A stretch of 64,000 nucleotides of DNA, from NCBI RefSeq assembly GCF_006345805.1, contig NC_042999.1, positions 75,268,001-75,332,000 of the forward strand, in the 5' to 3' direction. Numbering within the stretch: position 1 is the first letter of the stretch; each line of letters opens with the position of its first letter. A program made the position numbers and the translations under genes. The stretch is from Octopus sinensis. Lineage: Eukaryota. The notes beneath the pieces were generated by a model. That model saw only the letters and a program-made list of their open reading frames with translations, made no database searches and was not told the DNA's origin. This document shows positions 51,545 through 64,000 of this stretch, piece after piece.

Positions 51545-51744
51545 CATACATACACACACACACACACATATTCTACTTGTTTCACTCATTTGACTGCAGG
51601 AAATCGACCCCAGGGTCTTATACTTTTGTATAACCTAGAACTTATTCTATCGGTTCTATTTTGCCGAACTGCTACGTCACGGAGACGTAAACACACCAGC
51701 ATCAGTTATCAAGCGATGGTGGGAGGACAAACACAGACACACAA

Positions 51745-51809
<65 letters not shown>

Positions 51810-51962
51810 AGCGACGGGCGTCTTTCAGTTTCTCTCTACCAAATCCACTCACGAGGCATTGGTCGGACCGAGGCTATAGTAGAAGACACTTGCCCAAGGT
51901 GCCACGCAGTGGGACTGAACCCGGAACGATGTGGTTGGGAAGCAAGCTTCTTACCACACAGC

Positions 51963-51965
<3 letters not shown>
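51281..51965 (-). mobile_element. SINE family A copy with a tandemly duplicated tail (290-bp period)
   Basis: 51281-51570 and 51571-~51750 are near-identical and share the same internal deletion. Confidence 0.85.
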
Positions 51966-52051
<86 letters not shown>

Positions 52052-52079
52052 GGGAAGCTTTATGAAAATAGACAAAAGA

Positions 52080-53350
52080 CGAAGGCAGGTGGAAAACAAA
52101 CAAACAATTGTATTAGTATGGCGCTCAGGAAATATAAATAAAACAAGTCTTTAACGTTTCGAGCCTACGCTCTTCAACAGAAAGATACACAGAGAGAAAA
52201 AAAACACAGAAAGAAGGAGAGAAAAAAAATGCGTGCAGTAACTAACGAATCAACATGGCGATCTGATTTCGGCCAGAAGTCAAAGATCAAACATGAGACG
52301 CGAGAGCGAAATTAGGGGAGATAATAGGGTTGAGTGACCAGCTCCAACATAAGGGTGTGTGTGTGTGTGTGTGTATGAGAGAGTATTAGTGCGTATGAGA
52401 GGTCTGGACGTGTGTATGTATAGGGTTGGTGTATGTATTAGTATGTATTAGTATGTATAAGGGTGTGTGTGTGTGTATGAGAGAGTATTAGTGCGTATGA
52501 GAGGTCTGGACGTGTGTATGTATAGGGTTGGTGTATGTATTAGTATGTATTAGTTGGTGTATGTATTAGTATGGCACATCATATATGATGTGATGTGTAA
52601 AGTCGTGTGGTGTAGTATGGAGAGAGGAGAAGAAGGGGAGGGGGGAGAAGAGGAGGAGGGGGAAGAGGGGAGGAGAGGGGGGAGAGAGGGGGAGAGAGAG
52701 GAGGGGGAGAAGGAAGGGGAGGAGGAGGGGAGGAAAGAGGGAGAGGGGGAGAGAGAAGGGGAGTGAGGGAGCAGAGAGAAGAGGAAGAGGGAAGGAGGGA
52801 GGGAGAAAGAGGGAAGAAGGGAAGGGGAGTAGGGGTGAAAGGATGAAGGACTGAAGAAGTAGGGGTCGGGAGAGAAAGGTAGGTGAGGAGGGGAGAGAGG
52901 GGGGTTAGATGAGGAGGGGGGAGAGTTGAGACCAAATGGCGTATAAGAGCGAAGAGAGAAGATTAATTCCTGTTCACGGCGCAAACGGGAATCCGGATGG
53001 CCTCTGTGTAAGGACAAACCGAACACAGATAAGTGTTGCAAGGAGTGACCGGTGGAGCGGAAATGGCGAGAGACCGGTGTGTCGTTCGCAAGGTGGATGT
53101 CACGAAGGTGTTCCGCGAACCGGTCAGCCAAGCGGCGTCCCGTTTGTCCGATGTACAAGGAATGGCAGAGAGAGCAAGAGACGCAATAGATAATATTGCT
53201 GGAGGTGCAGGTGAAGGAGTGGATGATGGGATAGGGTCGATGATGGGTGCTAGTGAGGAGGGTGGTGTTGGAGAGATAAGGGCAAGTGCGGCATCGTGGG
53301 CGGGAGCAGGGGAACGAGCCGGGTTGGGAGGTAGGGTCAGGGAAGGAGCT
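52080..53350 (-). mobile_element. 5'-truncated Penelope-like element: GIY-YIG endonuclease (~52926-53345) plus 3' region with hammerhead-like motif
   Basis: GSFPCSRPRCRTC...FTCTSSNIIYCVSCSLCHSLYIGQTGRRLADRFAEH...HF...RLRREQELIF.L....PFGLN. Confidence 0.9.
52148..52185 (-). ncRNA. Minimal type-I hammerhead ribozyme-like motif (atypical core CUGUUGA)
   Basis: TCTTT-CTGTTGA-A-GAGC-GTAG-GCTC-GAAAC-GTT-AAAGA: stem I TCTTT/AAAGA, stem II GAGC/GCTC, palindromic ACGT stem III. Confidence 0.55.
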
Positions 53351-53374
53351 ATGGACCAAAAGGTCTCGAAGGTT

Positions 53375-53409
<35 letters not shown>

Positions 53410-53456
53410 TAGATGTGTGCGTGTGCGAGTGTGTATACATGTATATATGTATATAT

Positions 53457-53640
53457 GTATATTCTGTTGTGTCTGGGGAGAGTCATTCTCTTTTAGTACT
53501 TTATTATTTTACACACTCACCGGTAAAATTTCCACTTATTTCGTCTTTTTATTTTTTTTAAGTGAAAATTTTACCGGTGAGTATGTTAAATAATAAGGTA
53601 CTAAAAGAGAATGACTCTCCCCAGACACAACAGAATATGC
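53457..53640. repeat. 184-bp near-perfect palindrome (fold-back/MITE-like)
   Basis: ATATTCTGTTGTGTCTGGGGAGAGTCATTCTCTTTTAGTAC...CTCACCGGTAAAATTT mirrored on the other side of a ~20-nt loop. Confidence 0.9.
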
Positions 53641-53690
53641 TTCAACACACGAACTCATATAAAGAATCTTGCAAACCAAATCCCAAAACG

Positions 53691-53743
<53 letters not shown>

Positions 53744-53977
53744 TTTTTTGTTTATTTTTAGTAGTTTTGACCGCATTGGTCCCTCTTAGCGTGTTGGTAT
53801 CTACGAATAGTAGTACCCTCAATATAATATAAAAATAATATATATATATATGGGTGCAAGTGTGTTTCTCAGTGTAAAACTCCTCTTAAGCGTACTATTG
53901 TTATTTTAGTCGAAAATTTGTTATACCGAGTTTTCTTTTAAGATTGTTCTTTTTTATATTTCAAGAAAATAGTTAGC

Positions 53978-54029
<52 letters not shown>

Positions 54030-54315
54030 CCTCGTGCCTAAATCAGGAAGTCATATTAGATTGATATTCTATCACCAGTCAAATACTGGAATCGATTTAA
54101 TCGACTAACCTCCTCCTTTGAAAGTGCTTGGTGTGTGCCGACAAAGCATTGCACGTAAGTATAATTGTACGCGCGTGCGCGCGCGCGCGTGTGTGTGTGT
54201 GAATGTGTGTATGTGTGAATGTGCGTGCGTGTGTATTTGCGCGCGCGTGAATGTGTGTGTTCTGAAATTATTACTTCGATTTTATTTTGGGTCAAGAAAC
54301 TGGCTTGGTTTTGAT

Positions 54316-54346
<31 letters not shown>

Positions 54347-54407
54347 TATCTTTCTTTCTCTCTTTCTTTCTTTTTTTCTCTTTTTTCTCTTTGTTTGTTT
54401 GTTTGTT

Positions 54408-54460
<53 letters not shown>

Positions 54461-56177
54461 ATTTCTTTCTTTCTTTTTTTCTCTTTCTTCATTTCTTTCT
54501 TTCTCTCTCTCTCTCTCTCTCTATTTCTTTCTTTCTTTCTTCACCGAATCGTTCTTTTTCTATTTCGTTATTTCTCTATATTTCATATTTTAATGTTTAT
54601 TTCTTTATTTCTTTGTCGTTCTTGTTTGTTGACTGATGCCAAAATAAACCTCGTCGGTTTATCTTGGCATCAAAGCTTACAATCCCAAACCTAATCGTTT
54701 TTACACGGATTCTTAGTTTGAAGTTACTCGTCTCTATTTTCCGACACATCATCATAATTGAGCTCATATCCTTTACGTCACTCTGATTGAACGTTACTTG
54801 TAATACATACACACGTAGATAAATACAAACACACAAGCACACATACACTTACATATGCATCAATACCCACACTCATACACAAACGCATATACACATACAC
54901 GAATCTAACACGGATCTCGAACTAAAATCGGATGTGTCGGATGAAGTAAAGTAGTTGTCAGACAGAACAGGATGTGTTCGTGTCTGTGTGGTGGCTGGGC
55001 AAGTGGCTTTGTTCTGTCCATTCGCAACGGATGTGAAACAATTGCGAACACAGTTGCCAGGATAAAACGCCATGCCTGTCTAACTTGTTCGTCTTAAAAG
55101 CCATGTTTAATTTCTGACTTGGTCCGTATGCAGGTCATGTTTAAGGATAATGTAGTTTAGCAAACACTATGGTTAGTGATAGCGCGTTAAATGCTTATCG
55201 ATCTGTTGGTTTTGCTAAAGTGCTGATGCTGGAGGTGATAATGGTGTTGTTGTTAATAGCGTTGGTGGGGGTGTTTTTGATTCTGTTGCTGTTGTTGTTT
55301 TTGTTGTTTAACTCCAGGTCAGACTTGATCAAACTGAGCTATGATAAAAGACATTCCAACCGTGAACGCCCTGTCTTCAAAGCTTTGTCTATGACTATAT
55401 TATCTGAACGTCTTCACTTTCTCTTTTAAAGCGGTTTGGTTCGATTCGAGGAATATTTGGTTGATATTTCTAACAAATAAACCACCATTTAGAATCTCTC
55501 TTGTTGGTTCGTTGTTTGTAGCGGTGACGGAGGTGGTAATCTTGTTCTTGATTGTTTTTGTATTGGTATTTTTGATTATTTTTATTTGTCCATATTGTTG
55601 CTATTGTTACTATTCTTGCTGTGGTAGTTAAGCTTCAGGACAATCCCGATCGACCAGACTTATTAACTAAAGTTATCCAAATTGTGACCATCTTATTGTT
55701 TTTATATTTTACTTTCCGACAATATATCGAGGATCGCATTATCAATGTACTTTTTAAAGAATTTTGGATGTGATTTGAAGCAAGTTTGGGTTTTTTTTTC
55801 GGACGACTTTAAATGATGTTGTTGTTCCGATCGTATCCCATTCTGGTTTAGTTTCAGGTCATACATGATCGAGCATATCTATGAGCAAAAGCAATCAGGC
55901 TGTGACCATTCTGTATTTTGTTGGGTATCTAGAATAACATTATCAAAATTGTATCGTTCCATTTCTAAGATAATAGGTTTCTTTTAGGGAATTCGTTGTC
56001 GTCGTTGTTGTACGTATATTTGTATGTACCAGTCAACACGGCTACCTACATTCATTCGTTCATACATACATACATACATACATACATACATACATACATA
56101 CATACATACATACATACATACCGTACCACACACATAAGAAAGGAGAAAACATCAAACCAGGCGGGACACTCGGCGCC

Positions 56178-57294
56178 TTAAAGAGACTTTTTTTTATCCT
56201 TGATGCGACCCTCAGCCAATGAGCGCAGAAGTGAAATACATATATTAAATATGTGACATCGATAATGTTTACATTATTACAGCCGCTTATAATTCAAACT
56301 TAATTTTGTTTCTACTTGGGCAGCGCTGTTGCACATCAGCAGATAGGTTCCACACTGTTTGCATACATACCGCAGACCAGGGAATGCAATTGCTTCGAGG
56401 TGACTCGAGTACACAATGCTGATGAACTTCAAAAACAGCGAAATATCGACCCTAATTTGAAGTATTCAATATTTCTTAACACTTGATATTTTAAAGAGAC
56501 TTTTTCCCGTGGCACTATTCCGCAGCATAAAATGAGTGCATAAACAAGACATATACAATAAACATGTGACATTGATAGTATTTACATTATTGTGTGTATA
56601 TATATATATATATATATGTGCATACATCCACACACACACACACAGATATATAAATTTAAAAAATGTATAGTAAATGCAGAAACGAAAAACAGACACAGAA
56701 TAACAAGTTAAAAGCATTTATTATATTAAATTTACAGAGGAACGGAAAACAGACACAGAAAGTCCCCAATTCCTCATCAGTTATCGACCAGTGGGTCTGA
56801 CGCAATTTCGTGCCTTTAACGATAATATTGAGTCTCAGCTGGAGGCACCTGCAAGAGCTGCAGGGAATATGGAACCGAGAACACACAAACAATACATGAA
56901 TAACAAACGATACAGAAATGGACATACGAAAATGAATAAATGTAATTCAACACGACACCGCTAGTGGATGGACGAGGGACAAAAACGAAATAAATAAATA
57001 AATAAATAAAGCAGAATGCAGACTTAAGGCCAGATGAAGACGAAGCATGGGTAACGCTTTGAGGGAAATCCCAAAGGATTGGAAACAGAAGGGCAGTAGA
57101 CTGCAAAACAGGCTGAAGTGACGACTAGAGAATCTACGACCGGTCACCTCTACAACCGGTGTAACAGAGAGAGAGAGGGAGAGAGAGAGAATGAAAAGGC
57201 TGACCACGGGTCACGTCTCAGCAGCGAACAGAGGGAGACACAAAGGGCAGAGGAGAAAGAGAGCGAGGGGGAAAGATAGATAGCAAGAGAGAGG

Positions 57295-57327
<33 letters not shown>

Positions 57328-57530
57328 AGAAAAAAGGAGAAAGAAGTAAGGCTAGAAATAGAAGTCGTACGAATATGTAAATAACATACTTTGAATAAAA
57401 CCAGGGTGCGTTGTGTTCTGTTAAATGATTTAAAAAGATATATAGTAAATGCACAAACGAAAAACAGACTCAGAATGGCAAGTTAAAAACATATATTAAA
57501 TGCACAGACGAACGGAAAACAGACACACAC
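56178..57530. repeat. Two pairs of diverged ~100-bp direct repeats (56178-56278/56490-56590; 56652-56760/57425-57530)
   Basis: TTAAAGAGACTTTTT...ATGTGACAT.GATA.T.TTTACATTATT twice; TATAGTAAATGCA.AAACGAAAAACAGAC.CAGAAT...GAACGGAAAACAGACAC twice. Confidence 0.7.
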
Positions 57531-57552
57531 AAACGCATATACACACATAAAT

Positions 57553-57820
57553 ACTCTTTACTCTTTTACTTGTTTCAGTCATTTGACTGCGGCCATGCTG
57601 GAGCACCGCCTTTAGTCGAGCAAATCGACCCCGGGACTTATTCTTTGTAAGCCCAGTACTTATTCTATCGGTCTCTTTTGCCGAACCGCTAAGTGACGGG
57701 GACGTAAACACACCAGCATCGGTTGTCAAGCAATGCTAGGGGGACAAACACGGACACACAAACATATACACACACACACACACTTATATATATATACATA
57801 TATACGACAGACTTCTTTCA
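57553..57820 (-). mobile_element. SINE family A tail copy
   Basis: Near-identical to the 8528-8760 segment. Confidence 0.85.
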
Positions 57821-58185
57821 GATAGATATATACCATTTACAATTTTTTTTATTATACTACAATGAAAGTAACAAATAAAGAAAAGGACGTTAGAATTAAA
57901 TTGTGAAGCACGGTGTTATTAGTTTGATTGGGATTGCATCCGTGCTAATTGACTTAAAGCGTTGTTAATCACATACTAATTTTCTTAACAACTAGAATCA
58001 AATGCTGACGAATGACAACACTTGGTATTATATAAAGTATGATTAATGCAAATACTGTGTACACTGTTTGTATATGTAAATATACTTCACTGGGAAAGGG
58101 AGAAATGTTAAAATTTCCTATTACCTATCCCTTGAAAATAAGGGGGTTAGTGTCTATTTAAAAGAAAACCAATATTTGTGGGAAG

Positions 58186-58244
<59 letters not shown>

Positions 58245-58475
58245 CGTGTGTGTGTGCATATATGTTCATGCTCGTGATCAGAGATGTACATATCATCAGC
58301 CACTAAGGGACATGCTCAACTGGTTATGGTCAAACAACTGACAAGCAAATCTGTGGTATTGAGCAGAATATTTGCTGTAGCCCATCTTTTATACTAAGTC
58401 ATGTACATGATAACATTTCCAGTCAGTTAAGATCAGAAGCCATGGGCGCCACTGTCTGGTACTGCATCAGGGAAG

Positions 58476-58482
58476 TCATCAT

Positions 58483-58513
<31 letters not shown>

Positions 58514-58560
58514 AGCAGCACCAGCAGCAGCACCAGCAGCAGCACCAGCAGCAGCAGCGG

Positions 58561-58601
<41 letters not shown>

Positions 58602-58634
58602 CCACCACCACCACCACCACCACCACCATTATTA
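58476..58634. repeat. Compound trinucleotide microsatellite (CAT)n(CAG)n(CAT)n(CAC)n
   Basis: Visible directly; source of the poly-M/L/V and poly-I/S/T pseudo-ORFs. Confidence 0.95.
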
Positions 58635-58635
58635 T

Positions 58636-61145
58636 GTTTTTTTTTAACCTTGAGATTACATAGAAAGTATTTTGCGTAGGATATGAGCAGTTCCCATGAG
58701 CACTATCTTTTGAATTTCTGCCAAATTTGGGTTTCCTGGTATCTGAGTTAGGTAGCAATCAGCCCCTTTTGCTATTCCCAGGGCACCTATGACAACAGGT
58801 ATTGTTTTAGTCTTCAGGTTCCACATTTTGCTGATTTCTATTTTAAGATCTTTATATTTGCTCAGTTTTTGGTAGGTCTTGACAGATACGTTTATATCGA
58901 TTGGGACAATCATAATGAGAAGGCATGTTCTTTGTCTGAAGTCTTTCAATATGATGTCTGGCCTATTTGCATCTATCTTTCTGTCAGTTTGAATGGTGAA
59001 GTTCCAGAGGAGTGAGATGTGGTCATTTTCAAGCACTGGAGGTGGTTTGTGTTCCCACCAGTTTTTTTTTCATGGGGCAAATCCAGGTTTTTGCAAATTA
59101 CCCAGTGAATATATTGTGCAGCTCTACCATGCCTGTTGAGATACTCTGTAGGCGCTAGAAGACTGTACTTGGAGACAACATGATCAATGGTTTCATTTTG
59201 TTGTTGACATACATGACATGTTGGGCTACTGCCGATCTTTAATATGTTGGCCTGGTAGTTTCTTGTTGGTAGGCATTGATCTTGAGCTGCTATGATAAAC
59301 CCTTCTGTTTCAGATTTTAAGCCAGAGGCCATTAGCTATTGATGGGTCAGGGCTTTGTCAACATCTGCATTATTCGCTTTCTTTGGGTATTTGCCATAGA
59401 GAGGTTTTTCTTGCCATTTATCATTCAGAATATCTAAGGCCGCAGATTTAGCACGGGTTTTCATGCGCTTAGCTTTTTCTGTGCCTGTTTCTTGTATGTC
59501 TATCTCTAATTCCGAAATTTGTTGTATTCGGAATTCACTTAGATATTCCTTTGCCTGTTTTGTTACTGAGTATGATGCTTTCTTGTTTTCATGTTTTGAG
59601 ACAAGTTTTAACATCCAGTCCTCAGAGTTTTTCAGGTAGGTGTCTAGGCTAATTGTAGCAATCTTCATTGCCAGTTGTAAAAGTCCACGGCCTCCCTCTT
59701 TTCTTCGCAGATAAAGTCGTTCTGTATCTGCCTTAGGGTGGTGCATTCTATGCATTTTCAACAGTTTTCGTATTTTTCTGTCAAGATTACATATTTCAGT
59801 AATTGACCGGTTAACGATATTGAAACTGTAAGTCACGACTGGTATGGCTAAAGCATTGATCGTTTCGATCCTGTTTCTCGCATTCAGCTCTATCTTGAGT
59901 ATTGCTCTTACTCTGCGATAACATTCTCTCCTGACCCTTTCCTTCATCACTGAATGCCTTATTCCGTCCCCTTCAATTACCCCTAGGTACTTGTAGCTCT
60001 CCGTTGGGTCTAATTCTTTTATGACATTCTGCTGGTCAAGGTTAACGTTAGATGTTTCTGTCATTTTTCCTTTGATAAAGGTAGCTTTTGCACATTTATC
60101 GAGGCCAAATTGCATTCTGATGTCATCACTGAGTTGTTGGTCATTTTTTGCAAAGAGCTTTAAATCATCCATGTAAATGAGATGATTTATATTTTTATCA
60201 AACATTTTATATCCGTTGGAAAATGCCACATGAAATTTTTACATCACCAGCGTTTAGAGATTCATTGTCACTGCTCAAATTTAGTGTGGTTCTCCATGAT
60301 TTCATACAGACAAAAAGTTTCGCAGAGTAGGTGCTATTTTATACATTTCCAGGCATTTCTTAATCCAGCTATGTGGTAGGCTATCAAAGCCTTTTTATAG
60401 TCTATCCAGGCTATTGATAAGTTTTTGTGTCGTTTGTGAGAATCTTCTAAGATCATCTTATTGATGAGAAGATTTTTTTTTCAAACAATGGAACCACGTT
60501 TACATCCTTTCTGTTCATTAGGGAATATGCTGGTCTGTTAAAAAACTATAGGTATATTCAGACAGGACAGATGTTAGCGTTTTATACATAGTTGTTAAGC
60601 AGGTTATGGGTCTATAGATTTTTGGTTAATTTGTTTCTTCACTTTTTGGAAGCAGGAATGTTAGCCCATTATCTAGCCAAGGAGGCATCCTACTAGGGTG
60701 TTGCAAAACACCATTGTAAAGTTCTGTTAGCAGTTCATGGCTCTTTGGGAAGGCAGTCAACCAGAAGTTAGGAATTTTATCCTTTCCTGGAGACTTCCAT
60801 TTGCTTGACCTACTGAGAGCAGATCTTATATCTTCTACCTTGACACCCTCCCACTTTTGCTCTTCTAAGGAGTCCAGTTCTGTAGATATTCTATCAATCC
60901 AGGGGGCCTTTTCGTTGTGTGTTTTTTCTTCTGCCCAAATTTTATTCCAAAATTCCTGCACTTCTTCTTTTGATGGTACAGACTTTACAGTAACTGGTGT
61001 TTTTCCTATCTTCCTGTAAAAATTTTGGGGGTTATTTTTGAACATGTTGTTGTCCTTGAAGAATCTAACACGCTTTTCATACCTCGCTATGCGCGCAGCT
61101 TTAGCAGATACCTTTTGCTTGATGGTTTCTATGGTGGCATCAATA
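58636..61145 (-). mobile_element. R4/Dong-like non-LTR retrotransposon, 5'-truncated and frameshifted (RT, CCHC finger, REL endonuclease)
   Basis: KWKSPGKDKIPNFWL; NHLIYMDDLKLFAK; GLDKCAK; YKYLGV; CHVCQQQNETIDHVVS; LLWNFTIQTDRKIDANRPDII; KLSKYKDL; IPVVIGALG; short 3' poly(A). Confidence 0.92.
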
Positions 61146-61149
61146 TCAA

Positions 61150-61172
61150 GTATAGTTATTATTATTACTATA

Positions 61173-61258
<86 letters not shown>

Positions 61259-61260
61259 GT
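61150..61260. repeat. (TAA)n/(TTA)n microsatellite at the 5' junction of the R4-like element
   Basis: Visible directly. Confidence 0.95.
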
Positions 61261-61300
61261 TGCTGTTATATATGTGTTCGCGTATGTATGTATGTATCTC

Positions 61301-61333
<33 letters not shown>

Positions 61334-61334
61334 A

Positions 61335-61371
<37 letters not shown>

Positions 61372-61780
61372 AAATCCGTTCTATCTGTCTGTGTGTGTGT
61401 TTTCTAGGATCTCGGGCATCCTTCATCCGATTGCGCTCAAATTTGATATGTAGATACCGATGGTATCAGGGCGTGTATAAGTCTTGAAAAAATTACAAAA
61501 GCCAATTCCAGGTGAGAATGCGATCGATAAAGCCGTGGAAGCGTGCATTTGTACGCGGAAGTACATCAGCTGTTGCGATCGATACTATGCGTACGCGAGA
61601 AAAATGCATGTGCAGTTTGCACAAAAAAAGCCCGCCCGGTGTGGTGTCTCAAATTTAGGTTAAATCAGTGTTTCTCAAAGGGGAAGCTTATGGGACGGTC
61701 GGACAAGTTGTTTTGAGAAAATTTGGTTTAAATGTTTGACAACTCAATACCGTTCGTTATAATCCTTACTTTTGTCTGTA

Positions 61781-61918
<138 letters not shown>

Positions 61919-61925
61919 TATGTTA

Positions 61926-62089
61926 CGACGGGCTTCTTGCAGCTTCCGTCTACCAAGTCCACTCACAAGGCTTTGGTCTGCTCGAGGTTATAGTAGAAAG
62001 ACACTTGCCCAACGTGTCACGCAGTGGCACTGAACCCGAAACCATATGGTTGGTAAGCAAGCTACTTACCACACAGCCACTCCTGCGCC
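61926..62089 (-). mobile_element. SINE family A head copy
   Basis: AGGCGCAGGAGTGGCTGTGTGGTAAGTAGC...GGTTCAGTGCC on the minus strand. Confidence 0.85.
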
Positions 62090-62200
62090 TATATATATAT
62101 ATACTCACACAAACACACATTTGTGTGTGTATATTTAATATTTTTACATAAATAATGTATGTATGAGTGTATATATATATATATATATATATGATAGAGA

Positions 62201-62240
<40 letters not shown>

Positions 62241-62594
62241 AAGAGAAAGTGAAAAAGAGTAGAGAGAAATTTGGCTGCCTAAATGTGTAAAGTTGTTACT
62301 GTGAAAGCACCAGACGAACCCACATATGACTTTGACCTTTACCTACTATATCACCAAACTCTAACTCAGGAAGTTTCCTTATTGTATTATAAAGGCTGCA
62401 TCAGTTAGAGAAGGTTCGGTAAAGCACGTAAGGTACATAACTATTTCGAAGTGTTCTCATAGAAAATCGCACTGTAATCTACACTTTGATAAGGCAGGTT
62501 CGTGTCAACATGTGTGCGTCGGTACTTTGACCACAAGAACACACATACGGAGCCACACATATATACATATACACCTTAGCACATAGGTACGCAC

Positions 62595-62614
62595 ACATGC
62601 GCGCACGCACACAT

Positions 62615-62653
<39 letters not shown>

Positions 62654-62882
62654 CACACACACACACACAAACACGCACAATTACACACACATACACAAAG
62701 ATGCACACATCACCCACACATTTGCCTCATTTACATGCATACCACATACATACACATATGCGTCTCACGTGCGCGCACACAGACACATACATACATACAT
62801 AACGGATACATATATACTCGCAAGCTTACATCCATATATGTATAAATGCTTACATGCGTACATACATACATACATACATACA

Positions 62883-62914
<32 letters not shown>

Positions 62915-63225
62915 CACTCGCAAACATACATGCAAATATGTATAATACTTGCATGCATGCATACATACATACATACATACATACATACATAAATACATAC
63001 ATACATACATATATAACGCATATACTCGCAAGCGTGTATGTAATTATGCATGCATATACAAAATACATACATACATACATACATACATACATACATTCAT
63101 ACATACATACATACATACATACATACATACATACATACATACATACATACAAACATACATACATACATACATACATACATACATACATACATACATACAT
63201 ACATAAATATATATATATATACAGT
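62595..63225. repeat. Long (CA)n/(CATA)n microsatellite field
   Basis: Visible directly; similar (TA)n, (CA)n, (GA)n and (TTTC)n fields at 44300-44440, 47905-47990, 49995-50065, 50550-50860, 51120-51280, 54320-54540, 61785-61920. Confidence 0.95.
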
Positions 63226-63699
63226 CACGGGAAACACATCATACACGTATCTATCATAGATCGACGGAGAGATAAATCTATTGGTAATTAATAAACAGAC
63301 AGCTACATGGAGAGATTAGATAGGTAGATACACATGAGCGAGTGTTCGTGCACACACACACGCCCACACAGAAAGAGAGAGGCGGGAAGAGAGCAGAGAG
63401 ACGGATAAATAGATAGAAAGATATAATCATAGTCAGGTAGATAGACATACGAATGATTGAAAGAGAAGGCTATAGGTCGGTGAGCTACTTTCGCACTAAT
63501 TCCTTTATTTTAATTATTAACAAACATCTTCTGTATATCATCACTACCACTGCGGTCTTGTACCAAGCGCTTCGACACACGTCTCACCCAAAATACGATG
63601 ACGACGACGGCGGCGTCGAAGTCGACCACCACCGCCGCTACCTCGAAATTTCCTCTCCCCCAACATCATGAACATTTAGCTTTGGTTTTCAAATTTTAG

Positions 63700-63930
63700 C
63701 ACAAGGCCAGGGTAAGGCCATTCCATCGACTCCAGTACTCAACTGGTACTTATTTGATCGACTCCCGAAGGATGAAATTCAACGACCATGTATTATTCTT
63801 TTCTACTCGAGGCACAAGACACGAAATGCTTGGGAAGGCGACCTCAGTATGCAACTGGTACTTAATTTACCGTCCCCGAAAGGATAAAAGGCAAAGTCGA
63901 CCTCGGTGGAATTGAACTCAGAAATCACGG
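63700..63930 (-). mobile_element. Degenerate SINE family B copies
   Basis: GAAAGGATAAAAGGCAAAGTCGACCTCGGTGGAATTGAACTCAGAA is the reverse complement of the family B core and B-box. Confidence 0.7.
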
Positions 63931-64000
63931 GACGTAAACATACCATCACCAGTTGACCATCGGTAATGGGGACAAACACAGATACAAAGACACATACACA

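Noticed and set aside
50506-52154. Many overlapping YI/HT/CV-repeat ORFs, including 327 aa
   Set aside because: Dinucleotide repeats lack stop codons; the remainder is SINE sequence
52550-53440. 296-aa ORF with a Ser/Pro-rich tail as a host nuclease gene
   Set aside because: Only ~140 aa are Penelope GIY-YIG; both ends are translated microsatellite or purine-rich low-complexity sequence
54118-54694. F/L/S-rich membrane-like ORFs
   Set aside because: Translation of (TTTC)n and (CT)n tracts
54873-55073. GC-richer segment open in several minus frames
   Set aside because: No recognisable motif or clear splice boundaries; cannot be supported as coding
58423-58758. Poly-Met/Leu/Val signal-peptide-like ORF
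   Set aside because: Translation of a compound trinucleotide microsatellite

Overview
AT-rich eukaryotic genomic DNA, dense in microsatellites and transposons. The SINE and Helitron landscape suggests a coleoid cephalopod, probably Octopus (inference from repeat families I recognise). Two genes are well supported and arranged head-to-head: an intronless-CDS PIGM (GPI mannosyltransferase I, 1161-2546, minus) and a 12-exon DCAF13/SOF1 (10446-30759, plus; 442 aa reconstructed by hand with GT-AG introns). The rest is mostly transposon debris: tRNA-derived SINEs (CORE-like, Meta-like, V-like), an RTE-tail repeat family, and RTE, Tx1/L1, CR1, R4/Dong and Penelope retroelement remnants. There are also Helitron/Helentron derivatives, a hAT transposase remnant, and several MITE or fold-back palindromes. 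Best leads: minimal hammerhead-ribozyme-like motifs in two repeat families; inverted repeats flanking an in-frame DCAF13 exon pair (circRNA/ADAR candidates); a GG-ended MITE pair with 8-bp TSDs; R4/Dong elements next to TAA microsatellites; a probable bidirectional PIGM-DCAF13 promoter; and orphan exon candidates. I found no clearly novel protein-coding system. Most long ORFs after 44 kb are microsatellite artefacts. Repeat boundaries are approximate unless a TSD or terminus is cited.
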